Positions 1 to 10,373 of a DNA stretch of 64,000 nt are shown here, piece by piece. Under the pieces are notes generated by a model that saw only the letters and a program-made list of their open reading frames with translations, was not told where the DNA came from and ran no database searches. The stretch covers positions 176,463 to 240,462 of the forward strand of contig CP065002.1 of assembly GCA_016700095.1 (NCBI GenBank). Direction: 5' to 3'. The translations under genes and the position numbers were made by a program. Within the stretch, counting starts at the first letter, position 1, and each line of letters begins with the position of its first letter. Source of the DNA: Candidatus Woesebacteria bacterium (GTDB lineage Bacteria > Patescibacteriota > Microgenomatia > UBA8517).

Positions 1-1
1 T

Positions 2-277
2 AAAGGAAATCTTGTAACAAGTACATCACAGAAAGCAATTTTGGATAGTTTAACTGATACGACGTACGAAAATTGGATAACACAAGGTGTACCGCCCGAA
101 GTGCGCGTAGCCCATAAGTTTGGGCGAGAAGTGCATGTTGTTAACGACGCGGGAATTGTGTATGCCGACAAGCCCTATATTCTTGTAGTGATGTCAAAGG
201 GTATAATTGAAAGTGAGGCGGATGATTTTTTCCCCCGATTCTCGAAAATAGTTTATGATATAGAAAACAAAATATGA
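2..277 (+). CDS. 3' partial of a class A beta-lactamase-like serine hydrolase; the ORF is open from the window start
   Basis: The frame is open from position 2. The C-terminal region (VRVAHKFGREVHVVNDAGIVYADKPYILVVMSKG) resembles the KTG-box to C-terminus region of class A beta-lactamase/PBP-like serine hydrolases, with KTG replaced by KFG. Confidence 0.4.
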   Translation, partial: KGNLVTSTSQKAILDSLTDTTYENWITQGVPPEVRVAHKFGREVHVVNDAGIVYADKPYILVVMSKGIIESEADDFFPRFSKIVYDIENKI

Positions 278-834
278 AAAGGAAGAAAGTACGATATACA
301 CACAAAGTGTTTATTTTAGTTATGTTACTTATTAGTAGTTATCAGATTGTTCTTGAAACTACCGGCTATAGCTTTATTGGTTTTCCGTTTTATTATTATC
401 ATTCGACCTGGAATGCGATTTCAAGAAACAGTCAATGGAGTCTGATGGCGTTAATTTTAGATCTCGTAATTCTATCTTTGTTTGTAGATAAACTCGATCG
501 TTTTATTAAAAACACTCTCAAATCAAAATACGCAAGAAAAGCATTTTATCTAACCTATATCGCGCTTGTGATTCTTGGTCTTGTCGATTTACTGAGTATT
601 AACCTGGGTGTTGCGTCCAAATCGTTATATCCGGTGATTTTGTTTAATGCCGTTATAACTAATTTCTCATTTATACTAAATAGATTTTTTTTGGGAGTGG
701 ATCTGGGAAAACCGAGCATGTTTGTCTATACGAGTATGTTTGGGATTATGATTCCTCTCATACTTTCTTTTAGTGCTGCAAAAATTCTTGACTTATTTCA
801 ACGGGTGGCAAAGAGACTTAAAATATCAAGATAA
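274..834 (+). CDS. hypothetical polytopic membrane protein
   Basis: 186-aa ORF with several hydrophobic segments; no motif recognised. Confidence 0.4.
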   Translation: MKRKKVRYTHKVFILVMLLISSYQIVLETTGYSFIGFPFYYYHSTWNAISRNSQWSLMALILDLVILSLFVDKLDRFIKNTLKSKYARKAFYLTYIALVILGLVDLLSINLGVASKSLYPVILFNAVITNFSFILNRFFLGVDLGKPSMFVYTSMFGIMIPLILSFSAAKILDLFQRVAKRLKISR

Positions 835-905
835 TAGTTTTAGTTTAACTTCTGTTGATTATTAACCAACTTTAGCACTGCGAAATTCGTTTCTCTTATT
901 ACTAC

Positions 906-3323
906 TCACATCTCTGTTACCGTTTCCGCGTCCAAATCGCTTGGGGTAAACCATGACGGATCACAAGCTTTTGCCGGTTTGTTTTCCGAAAGAAAATAGT
1001 CGTAATAGACGGGACAACCGTTACACGAAAGCGTTCCCGTATATGGACATATCGCCAGTTTTTCTATTCCATCGGGGGGATCGTCATTATAGGAATCTTT
1101 CTTTTCAAGTAACGCAGTCATAACTTTGTTAAACACAGTCGACGCACCGGTTAGTCCTGAGGCAATTTTGCTCATTGGCGAATTGTCGTTGTTGCCAACC
1201 CATACGGCAACAACATAGTCTTTGGTGTAACCGACGGTTAAATTGTCTTTTAAGTCGTCGCTGGTTCCTGTTTTTACAGCTACTTCCGAGTGATTGGGGA
1301 TGACAAGTTGGCTATGTGTGCCAAAAGCTGCCGCTCTTGCTCGATTGTCCTTTAGAATATCTGTGATAATGAAAGCAACTCTTTTGTCGAGGACTTCATG
1401 TTCGCAGTTTTTTTGGTATTCATTACTATCCAATTTATCACGCGTACACATTGATGTGTATAAAACATTATTTTCATAGTCTTTAATGTGTAGAATTGAA
1501 CTAAGATTTGCCAATTTTCCTTCGTTTGCAACACTTGCGTAAACGCGAGCAAGATCGATAAGTTTTACTTCTCCACCGCCAAGTGTTAACGATAAGCCGT
1601 AACCGCGTGGGTCGTCCCATGTGCTAATACCCATAGCTTTTCCTAGATTAAGCATATTTTCTACACCGTAAGAATTAAGAATTTTAACAGCCGGAATATT
1701 GCGCGATTGAGCGAATGCGTTTCTTACCGTCATGTTGCCCGAAAATGAATTGTCATAATTTTTGGGCGTATATGGTTGTTGATTGGGAACAGTAAAAGTT
1801 ATGGGCGTGTCTTCAACAATGCTTGCGACCGTAAATCCGTGAGAAAGTGCGTATGCATAGTTTACAATTTTTATGCTTGATCCAGGTTGACGTTTGGTTG
1901 TCGTAAGGTTTACTTTTCCATCAATGTTTTCACTAAAGTAGTCAGACGATCCGACCATGGCAATGATTTCACCGGTTTTTGGATCCATTACAACAACAGC
2001 GCCGTTTGTTACATTGAACCCTGCCAATTTCTCTATCTCTTGCCTCACAATATCTTCCGCCATATGCTGAATATTAAGATCAAGAGTGGTCGTTACTTCT
2101 AAGCCGCGTTTGCCGACAAGATCTTGTCCATATTCTTTTTCCAGAATTTGCTTGGTGTAAATTACAAAATGTGGAGCTTTGATATTTGTGATATTTGGTG
2201 CAAAGTTTATAAACTCATTAAGGGCTTTGTCCATTTCCTTCGAAGTGATGAAACCGTTTATTTTCATTAAGCGCAGAATGTCCTTTTGCCGAGAAAATGC
2301 ATATTCGGGATGATTGCCAAAGGGAGATAGTTTTGTCGGACTTTTTGGTAGTCCTGCCAAAAGTGCAGCTTCACCCAGAGTTAAATCGGCAACGTCTTTT
2401 CCGAAATAATGTATGGATGCTTCTTGTATTCCATAAGTGGTTCCTCCGTAGGAAACCTCGTTTAGGTACATTTCAAGTATTTCGTTTTTATTAAAATACC
2501 ATTCGACACCAAAAGCCAAAACGATTTCTCGTAATTTCCTAACATACGTTTTTTCAGAAGTCAAAAGCGTATTTTTAACTAATTGTTGGGTGATCGTTGA
2601 GCCGCCGGTTAGTTCACCATCTTTTTGATAATTATGTCTAACTGCCCGTAGTATCCCTTTAATCGAGAAACCGGGGTGCTGATAAAATTCTGCATCTTCG
2701 GCGGCAAGTGTTGCCTGCCTTACCATAATGGGAACATCCTTTAATTTAATAGGAGTCCGGTTCTTGTCGTCGTATATTTTGTAGAGAAGTTTGCCATTCC
2801 TATCATAGATCTTTGTTGATACGCTTTGTTCTCTGTTTTGTAATAATAGCGGGGAAGGAAGGTCTTTAAGGTATATATACCACAACGAAAAAGAACCAAG
2901 TACAAGGAATATAACAAAACAAACGAATAAAACAATGAGGTACTTTATTAATCTGTATGTGTAGGTTTTTTGTTTTGGTTTATTTGGAATTTGCGAAAAC
3001 CGCGGGAAATGCGACCGCGAGTGAAGTGAAGCATTGAATAAACTTTTTAAGTTTTGCCGAGAAAACCACAGGCTATTGGGTTGGGGTTGTCTGTTTGCTG
3101 GCTCAATCAGATGTGGTTTTACGGTTTCTTTCAGCAATTTAATTTTCAGTATTTGATAGTTAAGACTGTGCTTATATTTGAAAATTTTTATTACCACCGC
3201 ACTTGCATAGAGAAGGATCAGCAAAAGTGACAAAAGCAGTGTATAAAAAGGTCTGCCGACAGTACTTAACGTGCTAGAAACTTTACTGTTTACGGCTTTT
3301 ACCATCGAAGTAAGGCTGGTCAT
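906..3323 (-). CDS. class A penicillin-binding protein (bifunctional GT51 transglycosylase / transpeptidase)
   Basis: GT51 motifs EDAEFYQHPG and GGSTITQQ; transpeptidase motifs SSIK (SxxK), SRN and KTGTSDD. N-terminal TM anchor and a Cys-rich C-terminal tail. Confidence 0.85.
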   Translation of the reverse strand: MTSLTSMVKAVNSKVSSTLSTVGRPFYTLLLSLLLILLYASAVVIKIFKYKHSLNYQILKIKLLKETVKPHLIEPANRQPQPNSLWFSRQNLKSLFNASLHSRSHFPRFSQIPNKPKQKTYTYRLIKYLIVLFVCFVIFLVLGSFSLWYIYLKDLPSPLLLQNREQSVSTKIYDRNGKLLYKIYDDKNRTPIKLKDVPIMVRQATLAAEDAEFYQHPGFSIKGILRAVRHNYQKDGELTGGSTITQQLVKNTLLTSEKTYVRKLREIVLAFGVEWYFNKNEILEMYLNEVSYGGTTYGIQEASIHYFGKDVADLTLGEAALLAGLPKSPTKLSPFGNHPEYAFSRQKDILRLMKINGFITSKEMDKALNEFINFAPNITNIKAPHFVIYTKQILEKEYGQDLVGKRGLEVTTTLDLNIQHMAEDIVRQEIEKLAGFNVTNGAVVVMDPKTGEIIAMVGSSDYFSENIDGKVNLTTTKRQPGSSIKIVNYAYALSHGFTVASIVEDTPITFTVPNQQPYTPKNYDNSFSGNMTVRNAFAQSRNIPAVKILNSYGVENMLNLGKAMGISTWDDPRGYGLSLTLGGGEVKLIDLARVYASVANEGKLANLSSILHIKDYENNVLYTSMCTRDKLDSNEYQKNCEHEVLDKRVAFIITDILKDNRARAAAFGTHSQLVIPNHSEVAVKTGTSDDLKDNLTVGYTKDYVVAVWVGNNDNSPMSKIASGLTGASTVFNKVMTALLEKKDSYNDDPPDGIEKLAICPYTGTLSCNGCPVYYDYFLSENKPAKACDPSWFTPSDLDAETVTEM

Positions 3324-3518
3324 ACTAACGTATTATATTTTAAAATATACAAATTTGTAGAAATTTGTTGACTAGTAACTGGGTGTGCGTGGTGTTGATA
3401 CTAGAATATAGTGCTTCTTAACGAGTTTACGCAGACTTAAATAGGTACATGCCAGTTTGCTCGGGTAACATTAAAAAGGTGTTGGACATATTTACCCAAT
3501 TCCTGATAATATTACTTT

Positions 3519-4814
3519 ATGAGTGATGATACGGGAAATTCTCCCAAGCAAGACGTTGCACAAACAGTACCAACGACCGGGGGTGACGCTAACATTCCTA
3601 AACAGAATTCGTCGTATCTTAATTCTTTGGGGGATGAGTCAAGTCAACCCCTCTCTTTTGCAAGCGGGGTTGGGGAGGATGCAAAGTTACCACTAAACAA
3701 TCCAAATGAACAGCAAAACGATCTTCCCTTAAATACTGTGTCTGGTGGTAATACCAGTACTTTGCCGACGTCGGATTCCGTTGGGTATGAATCGGAATCT
3801 TATCCTGATTCGGTAAAGACCCAACAAACAAATCCGTTATATCAGTCGACTCCGCCCTACAACATGCCCGAAAAAACCTATCAAGCATCTTCTTTGCAAT
3901 CCGAGCAGAGTATTTCTGGTGATCAAGGGATGCAAAACGAATCGATTCCACAAGCTTCAAATGCCCAGGTCGATTCGACTCCTTTTGTGCCGCCTAATCA
4001 AACTCCAATTGCTGTAAGTCCGAGGAGTAAAGTTCCTAAAATTTTAATATTTATTGCTTTGATTTCTTTTGTGACAATGTTGGCAACAGCCGGTTATTAT
4101 TTTTTTACAAATCCCGGTGGTGATAATGGAAATCTTGATGAAGCTGCCCAGTTCACACCAACTACGGAGCCTACAATAATACAAGACGAGGGCAAAGAAA
4201 TCTCATTTTCTTCGGCCAATCTAATTAACGCTGTCACGGTGCTAATTGCCCAAGATGCGTATAGTATAAGTTACACGGGGTCATCAACAACCGATACGGG
4301 TTGCGCAACAAATGGGACGATGGAGGCAACAAAATCCTTGGATAATTATTATTCCAAATTAACAGCGGTTTATGCCTCGGAGAGTGCGGGTAGAATTTGC
4401 GTAGCCGAAAGCAAGCTGGAAATGTACTTTGAAACGTATGAGATTGATGGCGTTCGCTACAACAGACAGGCAGAAGACCAGCCGTATGCGGTTTTAGATG
4501 GTGAATCAAAGGTGGTTACGGCATTATCTCCGTCTGAGGCTATCAACCAATTTCTTCCTTATCCCACATTGCTGACAGTTACAAAAGCGGTAGAAAAAGA
4601 TAACGGATTGAAAACCGTTGAAGCAAAGGTGGATAATGTTAGCCCTGGAGGTACATTTTCATTTGTATTAGATGAAAAAAACCAAATATTGTCATTTAGT
4701 CATCAGACGAAACTTGTTACTGCAACATCATCGACTACATCTATGGGTGAAGTTGACATTAGCTATGATGCTGTTGAGATAGTTGCCCCGACAATTGAAA
4801 GTGAAGAAATATAA
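3519..4814 (+). CDS. hypothetical membrane-anchored secreted protein with an N-terminal S/T/Q/P-rich low-complexity region
   Basis: 431-aa ORF: about 170 aa of low-complexity sequence, one TM helix (ILIFIALISFVTMLATAGYYFF), then a globular domain. No motif recognised. Confidence 0.5.
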   Translation: MSDDTGNSPKQDVAQTVPTTGGDANIPKQNSSYLNSLGDESSQPLSFASGVGEDAKLPLNNPNEQQNDLPLNTVSGGNTSTLPTSDSVGYESESYPDSVKTQQTNPLYQSTPPYNMPEKTYQASSLQSEQSISGDQGMQNESIPQASNAQVDSTPFVPPNQTPIAVSPRSKVPKILIFIALISFVTMLATAGYYFFTNPGGDNGNLDEAAQFTPTTEPTIIQDEGKEISFSSANLINAVTVLIAQDAYSISYTGSSTTDTGCATNGTMEATKSLDNYYSKLTAVYASESAGRICVAESKLEMYFETYEIDGVRYNRQAEDQPYAVLDGESKVVTALSPSEAINQFLPYPTLLTVTKAVEKDNGLKTVEAKVDNVSPGGTFSFVLDEKNQILSFSHQTKLVTATSSTTSMGEVDISYDAVEIVAPTIESEEI

Positions 4815-4975
4815 ACATCTTCAGACCCGTTGCCCACATGATGAAAAGGCGAGTGATATTTGTTGACGTAGTAAAATTACTACTATTATTTAAGGTTTTT
4901 GTAAGTGTAATGGGGGAACATTACCGGCAAAACTAAGTGAGAGATATAGCAGCTAATCAAAAGACTATTTAAGTG

Positions 4976-7378
4976 TTACGATTTTTTAAATACAGGGTAG
5001 TTAATTGCTGCCGAGAAACTTGCGATCGGGCAATTGAGACAATAAAGAGTTCCAAGCGGATCCAATACAAAGGGGTGGTTTTGGGTCTCAATTGATTCCG
5101 GTGGAGCTTTGGGATCGGCTTGTTGACCGGTTGCTTTGTCTATGGCGATATCTGTTTGTCCCCATTCCAAATGACTACCCACAAAATCTTTAAGAAAATA
5201 TTCATAACGCGTTGGGCATGTTGGACTGTCACCCGCCAAATTTCCGTTGTCTGAGCAAACAGTGGCACCTATTACACTATCGGGTTGAATTAAATGTGAT
5301 TCATAATTAGATTGACCATATTTTTCTTTTGTCGAAAATTCCAATACTTTGCCCATGATACTATTCCAAATTGGCGAAGCACCGGACACGCCTGATGTTG
5401 CTCTGCTCATGGGGGAATTATCGTTATTGCCAACCCAAACAACGACAACTGCATCACCTGTATATCCGACAGTCCAGTTGTCCCTCAGGTCGTTTGTTGT
5501 CCCCGTTTTGACGGAAACTTTGGGAAATCCTTTAACATTTAGTAGTGAACTTGATCCAAATGCTGCCGATCGGGCACCGTTGTCCTGTAAAATATGGGAT
5601 ATGATAAATGCCACCCCCTGATCAATAACTCGACCTTTGTCAAACTCATCCGGATTAACTTCATACAGTAACTCACCCTTATAATTTTCAACTTTTGAGA
5701 TAGCATAAAGTTCCTGCTTGATACCTCGATTGGCAAAAACGCCAAACGCCTTAGCCATGTCAAAGGGGAGAACTTCACCACCTCCAAGGGTCAAAGAAAG
5801 GCCGTACTTGTTGGGATCGTCCCATGTTGAAATACCCATATTGCTCGCAAATTCGATAAAGTTCTCCAAGCCATTGACAGCAAGTACACGGACGGCGGGG
5901 ACATTGTAAGAGTTTGCCAGAGAATACCTAACCTGCGGGATTCCATGAAATGTGTTGTCGTAATTTTTGGGGCAATACGAAGCTTGACCGACGACCGAGA
6001 AACAAGTTGGTACGTCGGCAAGGGGAGTGGAAGCACTGATTCGTTCATCGGATATGGCAAGGGCGTAGTTTAGTGGTTTGATACTTGAACCCGGTTGGCG
6101 CTCGCGAAAAATAATATTAACTTTTCCGTCTTCGTCACTGGCAAAATAATCTTTGGAACCAACCATGGCAAGAATTTCCCCGGTTGAAGGTTTGGTTACT
6201 ATCGCCGCGCCGTTTCCCACGTTGTTGTTTTTGAGTTTTGCAACTTCGGTCGCGACCGCCTGCTGGGCGTATTCTTGCAGCTCGAGATCAAGTGTTGTTG
6301 TTACCCTTAGACCTCCGCGTTCCACGACTGCGTCTCCGTACTTTTCGGCTAATTGGTCTTTAATCCACAATGAGAAGTGAGGAGCTGTTGGAACGTGGAT
6401 ATCTGCAAAATGAAGATCCTCATTTAACGCTTTGTTCATGTCACTTTCCGATATATGTCCGTCTTCATACATTCTTTTAAGTACCAATTCCTGTCTTTGA
6501 CTGGCAAGCTCTGGATGGGCGCCGAACGGTGAAAACCTGGTTGGTGCTGCGGGAAGTCCTGCGAGCAATGCGGCTTCGGCAAGCGTTAAATCCTTGGCGG
6601 ATTTGTTAAAATACAGTTCTGCCGATGCTTCGATTCCGTATGCTGTCGATCCGTAGGGAATTTGGTTTAAATAAATTTCCAGAATCTGATCCTTTGAGTA
6701 GATTGTTTCAACAATGAATGTTAGGGCAAGCTCTCTGATTTTTCTTCGCAAGGTGCGTTCAGGTGTAAGTAGTGAGTTTTTAACTAATTGCTGAGTTAGT
6801 GTCGATCCACCCTCTAGTTTATTTTTAAAAATTGTTTTGTATGCAGCTCTACCTAAGCCGGTAATTGAGACACCGTAATGCTTATAAAAATCTTTGTCTT
6901 CTATAGATAGTGTGGCGTTTATCACGTTATCGGGTATTTCCTGCAAAGTTATAGGTGTGCTTCTTCGATCCGCATATATCTCAAAAAGTAAATTTCCATA
7001 TCGGTCATAAAGTTTTGTCGATACCGGAAATTCATTTTTGGTGAGCTTGGTAGGTAGAGGAATACCCCAGAAGATCCAAAGGAATGTTCCAATTAAGACG
7101 GAGAAAAAAATAACTTTTTTTAATCTAATAACTCTAATTTCTCTTGTGGTTTTGGTTACTGGTTTTTTCTGAGGTTTTCTTTTAAAGGAAAATAATCTTC
7201 TAAACAAGGTGGAGAAGATTTTTGGGTGACTGGCTTTTTCTTTTGCAGTTATTTTTATATGACCACTTTTCTTGGATTTTTGTGGAGTGGACATACTTTT
7301 GCTGCCGGTTTTTCTTGGAGCAGTAGCTTTCTTAATTATTCTTCTATTCTTTCTTTTGGTGCTTTTAGTATTGGCCAT
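4976..7378 (-). CDS. class A penicillin-binding protein, second paralog, with a lysine/arginine-rich N-terminal tail
   Basis: EDKDFYKHYG and GGSTLTQQ (GT51); SSIK, SxN and KTGTTND (transpeptidase). About 90 aa of basic N-terminal extension before the TM helix. Confidence 0.85.
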   Translation of the reverse strand: MANTKSTKRKNRRIIKKATAPRKTGSKSMSTPQKSKKSGHIKITAKEKASHPKIFSTLFRRLFSFKRKPQKKPVTKTTREIRVIRLKKVIFFSVLIGTFLWIFWGIPLPTKLTKNEFPVSTKLYDRYGNLLFEIYADRRSTPITLQEIPDNVINATLSIEDKDFYKHYGVSITGLGRAAYKTIFKNKLEGGSTLTQQLVKNSLLTPERTLRRKIRELALTFIVETIYSKDQILEIYLNQIPYGSTAYGIEASAELYFNKSAKDLTLAEAALLAGLPAAPTRFSPFGAHPELASQRQELVLKRMYEDGHISESDMNKALNEDLHFADIHVPTAPHFSLWIKDQLAEKYGDAVVERGGLRVTTTLDLELQEYAQQAVATEVAKLKNNNVGNGAAIVTKPSTGEILAMVGSKDYFASDEDGKVNIIFRERQPGSSIKPLNYALAISDERISASTPLADVPTCFSVVGQASYCPKNYDNTFHGIPQVRYSLANSYNVPAVRVLAVNGLENFIEFASNMGISTWDDPNKYGLSLTLGGGEVLPFDMAKAFGVFANRGIKQELYAISKVENYKGELLYEVNPDEFDKGRVIDQGVAFIISHILQDNGARSAAFGSSSLLNVKGFPKVSVKTGTTNDLRDNWTVGYTGDAVVVVWVGNNDNSPMSRATSGVSGASPIWNSIMGKVLEFSTKEKYGQSNYESHLIQPDSVIGATVCSDNGNLAGDSPTCPTRYEYFLKDFVGSHLEWGQTDIAIDKATGQQADPKAPPESIETQNHPFVLDPLGTLYCLNCPIASFSAAINYPVFKKS

Positions 7379-7642
7379 GAGCCTAATTATACAACCATAT
7401 TACTTTTCGCAAATACACGAAATTTATCAAGTCCACAAACTAAAATTGTATGATGGATAAATTGCGAGGCATAAGGTCTATCGTAGCGAGTGTGTATTAC
7501 GATGATTGCAAAATAATTAGCACATATTGCTAATTATAAATCGTTAAATTTAGGTAAATTCGGATAGTACTAGAGGTAATCGGATGATCATAGGATGAAT
7601 TTGTTTTTGATCACTAGCCAATATCGTGTATATTAGGAAGTA

Positions 7643-8191
7643 ATGAGAGAAAAACTCGAACAAGCCGTGTGGTGGGATTACTTAGAAAATGATCTTAAAG
7701 AACTTCTTATGCAATCAGTTTTGCTGTGGGAAACCGCGGTGAAATGGCAGGAAAAGCTTGCTACAAAAAAGAAAGGTTTTCATGATTATGCCTTTATAGT
7801 ATTTCCTGCGGCAAAAGCTTATGAAGGTTTTCTCAAAACCTTGTTTCTTGATATGGGGTTTATTACCAAAAAAGAATATCAGGGAAAACGTATCAGAATA
7901 GGAAAAGCGCTTAATCCGACCTTGTATCAGCAAGAAATTAAGAAAAATACACGCTATGTGCGTCTTAGAAAAAAAATTAGCGTTTATGACAAAATAATCG
8001 AGTATTGTGGTGGTCCATATCTGGCCGATGTTTTGTGGACAACCTGGAAAGAATGCAGGAACATGCTTTTCCATTGGTATCCGAGCGAGAAAAATGCAAT
8101 CGATTTTGACGAAGCGGAAAGTAGGGTGATGCAAATAATAAATACTATGAATTTAGCTTTTAAGGAGTGTAAAATAAATTATACGAAATAA
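7643..8191 (+). CDS. hypothetical protein, alpha-helical, with an Rx4H (HEPN-like) motif
   Basis: 182-aa ORF; RNMLFH matches the Rx4-6H HEPN signature, but there is no other support. Confidence 0.35.
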   Translation: MREKLEQAVWWDYLENDLKELLMQSVLLWETAVKWQEKLATKKKGFHDYAFIVFPAAKAYEGFLKTLFLDMGFITKKEYQGKRIRIGKALNPTLYQQEIKKNTRYVRLRKKISVYDKIIEYCGGPYLADVLWTTWKECRNMLFHWYPSEKNAIDFDEAESRVMQIINTMNLAFKECKINYTK

Positions 8192-8204
8192 CTTTACTTG
8201 CTTT

Positions 8205-8867
8205 ATGAAAAAGATAAATATGCCCCCCAAAGAAACAGTTATTAAACACTCTACTTTGCTTGTTGCCTATCTTTTGGTTGTGTGGGGTTTTTACCGTTTT
8301 TTGGTCAGGCTCCCAGAGGAGATAGAAGAAGTAATTATTAAACCAATTTTGTGGTTAGGTCCTGTAGCTTATTTTGTCAAAAAAGAGAAGTTGGGTGTTG
8401 GATCACTTGGTATTACTACTAAAAATTTATTTCCATCACTTTTTTGGGCGATTGGGTTGGGGGCGATTTTTACCCTCGAAGGTGTAGTTATCAACGCAAT
8501 TAAATATGACACAATAAACTTCAATGCCAACGTGGGACAAACAGCGATGTTGATTGCTTTTGGTATTTCTTTGTTTACAGCGACCTCAGAAGAAATTACG
8601 TTTCGAGGTTATTTCTACAATCGCATGGCGTGGGTTCTAAAAAATGATTTTGTTGCAAACTTGTTCACCAGTTTTATTTGGGGTCTAATTCATCTACCGA
8701 TAAGTATCTTTTGGCTGGAATTGTCTTTTTGGGGATGTGTCGGATATTTCCTTCTCACATTTGTTTTTGGTATGGGAGCGGCTTTTATTTTCTCTCGCAC
8801 CAGAAATATATTTTCTTCAATACTACTGCACTCAATGTGGAGTTGGCCTATTATCCTGTTTAGGTAA
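8205..8867 (+). CDS. CPBP-family (CAAX protease / Abi-like) intramembrane metalloprotease
   Basis: Polytopic membrane protein with EEITFR (EExxxR) and FIWGLIH (FxxxH) motifs and a third His motif (LLHSMWSW). Confidence 0.65.
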   Translation: MKKINMPPKETVIKHSTLLVAYLLVVWGFYRFLVRLPEEIEEVIIKPILWLGPVAYFVKKEKLGVGSLGITTKNLFPSLFWAIGLGAIFTLEGVVINAIKYDTINFNANVGQTAMLIAFGISLFTATSEEITFRGYFYNRMAWVLKNDFVANLFTSFIWGLIHLPISIFWLELSFWGCVGYFLLTFVFGMGAAFIFSRTRNIFSSILLHSMWSWPIILFR

Positions 8868-8914
8868 AAATTAGACAAACTTGACATTCATTGAGTAAAA
8901 AATTACCATAGTCT

Positions 8915-9559
8915 TTGCCCATGATTAGAAGGATTGTTCTCATTATACCTTCGTTTGCAATTGCTTTTGCGATTCTCATGATTTCGGTTCTTCGCACAGC
9001 TTCGGTTAAGTATGAATTTGCAGGAATTGTTAATGGAAGTACTGATATTAAAGTTCTGGGGGACAACACAACACAAGTCAATTATGACCTGGCATATCCC
9101 GGGAAGGTTCTCCCTGATAGTCCATTGTGGCCGGTTAAAGCCGCCCGTGACAAAATATGGCTTGCCACAACAACAAATACCAGTCGTGAAGCAGAATTAC
9201 TTCTTTTGTTCGCCGATAAAAGGCTTGGTGCAAGCAAAATATTTTTTGAAAATAATGAACCTGAACGTGGTCTGGTAACTTTGCAAAAGGCTGAAGCGTA
9301 TTTAATGGACGCAAGCAACAAAGAACGGGAAAATAGCAGTAGGGGAATGAACACGTCAGAATTTCTTGGACATATTGCTCTAGCTTCCTTGAAACATAGA
9401 CAGATTATAGAAGAAGAAATATTACCTCTTGCCCCTGATGATGCTAAGCCGGCGATTGTCCAAACGGTTGATATATCGAAAACGGTGAATTGCACTTCAG
9501 TGCAAGCCTTAAGAGACAAAGGTCTCAAATATCCAGAAAACCCGTTTGAAGGGCACTAA
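8915..9559 (+). CDS. hypothetical membrane-anchored protein
   Basis: N-terminal TM helix followed by a 180-aa hydrophilic domain; no motif recognised. Confidence 0.4.
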   Translation: MPMIRRIVLIIPSFAIAFAILMISVLRTASVKYEFAGIVNGSTDIKVLGDNTTQVNYDLAYPGKVLPDSPLWPVKAARDKIWLATTTNTSREAELLLLFADKRLGASKIFFENNEPERGLVTLQKAEAYLMDASNKERENSSRGMNTSEFLGHIALASLKHRQIIEEEILPLAPDDAKPAIVQTVDISKTVNCTSVQALRDKGLKYPENPFEGH

Positions 9560-9718
9560 AAACCACTTTTGACACTTTTTTGTTAACTTACTTGTATTAT
9601 CTCTTCTTGATAATCTCATCCGATTTCCGCATTTATAACGCTAGCAATTTTTTTCTGGCCAAGTGTAGCCTTGGTACGAGCTTGACGTGATTGGGTGTGA
9701 CATATTTAATAATGGTTG

Positions 9719-9788
9719 ACAATATAGATCTAGTGTTAGATCATCTTTCTGACGCTACAGATAGCGATAATAGTTTCACAAGTGAAAC
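9719..9788 (+). promoter_or_regulatory. palindromic candidate operator sites (NrdR-box-like) in the nrdR-nrdJ leader
   Basis: ACAATATAgaTCTAGTGT (9719-9736) resembles the NrdR-box half-sites acaCwAtA/TaTwGtgt with 2 extra central nt. A perfect 16-bp palindrome GTTTCACAAGTGAAAC lies at 9773-9788. Both sit in the 370-bp non-coding leader. Confidence 0.25.
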
Positions 9789-9932
9789 ATTAATTTTTGG
9801 TTTTTTAAACTTGATACGTAGTTTGTTGACATTAAAGAGATAGCTTTGCCAACCCAAACAAACTTAACATAAGTATGAAATGTCAAAAACCGTGATTGTA
9901 AGGTTCGAGAAGTTTATTAGTAATAGTATTTT

Positions 9933-10373
9933 ATGAAATGTCCTTTTTGTGCAGAAGAAGAAACCCAAGTCCTTGAGTCAAGGGTGGTTAATGAAGGACA
10001 CGCAATCAGAAGACGCAGAGAGTGCATAGCATGTTCGAAGCGTTTTACGACATACGAAACGGTAAGAGGTTCGGTCTTGTGGGTGACCAAGAAAAACGGA
10101 CGACGTGAACCTTTTGATAAGGAAAAAGTAAGACGTGGATTATTAAGGGCTATTGAAAAAAGGCCAATCTCACTTACAACAGTTGATAATCTGGTTGACC
10201 AGATTGAACGAGAAATGTTGAGGAAAGAAAAAGAAGAAGTTACATCGGAGATGATCGGGAAGGCGGTGTTAAAGAGATTAAAAAGGATTGATAAAGTTGC
10301 CTGGCTCAGATTTGCAAGCGTGTATCTGCAATTTGAGGACTTAGATGATTTCTCAAAAGCTATACAAAAGTAA
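9933..10373 (+). CDS. nrdR: transcriptional repressor NrdR
   Basis: N-terminal zinc ribbon CPFC...CIAC followed by an ATP-cone. Its position directly upstream of the ribonucleotide reductase genes is typical. Confidence 0.9.
   Translation: MKCPFCAEEETQVLESRVVNEGHAIRRRRECIACSKRFTTYETVRGSVLWVTKKNGRREPFDKEKVRRGLLRAIEKRPISLTTVDNLVDQIEREMLRKEKEEVTSEMIGKAVLKRLKRIDKVAWLRFASVYLQFEDLDDFSKAIQK

Noticed and set aside
1294-2935. Multiple 60-70-aa ORFs on both strands inside the PBP genes (and similarly inside the RNR, ligase and ATPase genes)
   Set aside because: They are antisense or out-of-frame to long, motif-supported CDSs, the typical six-frame noise of AT-rich sequence.
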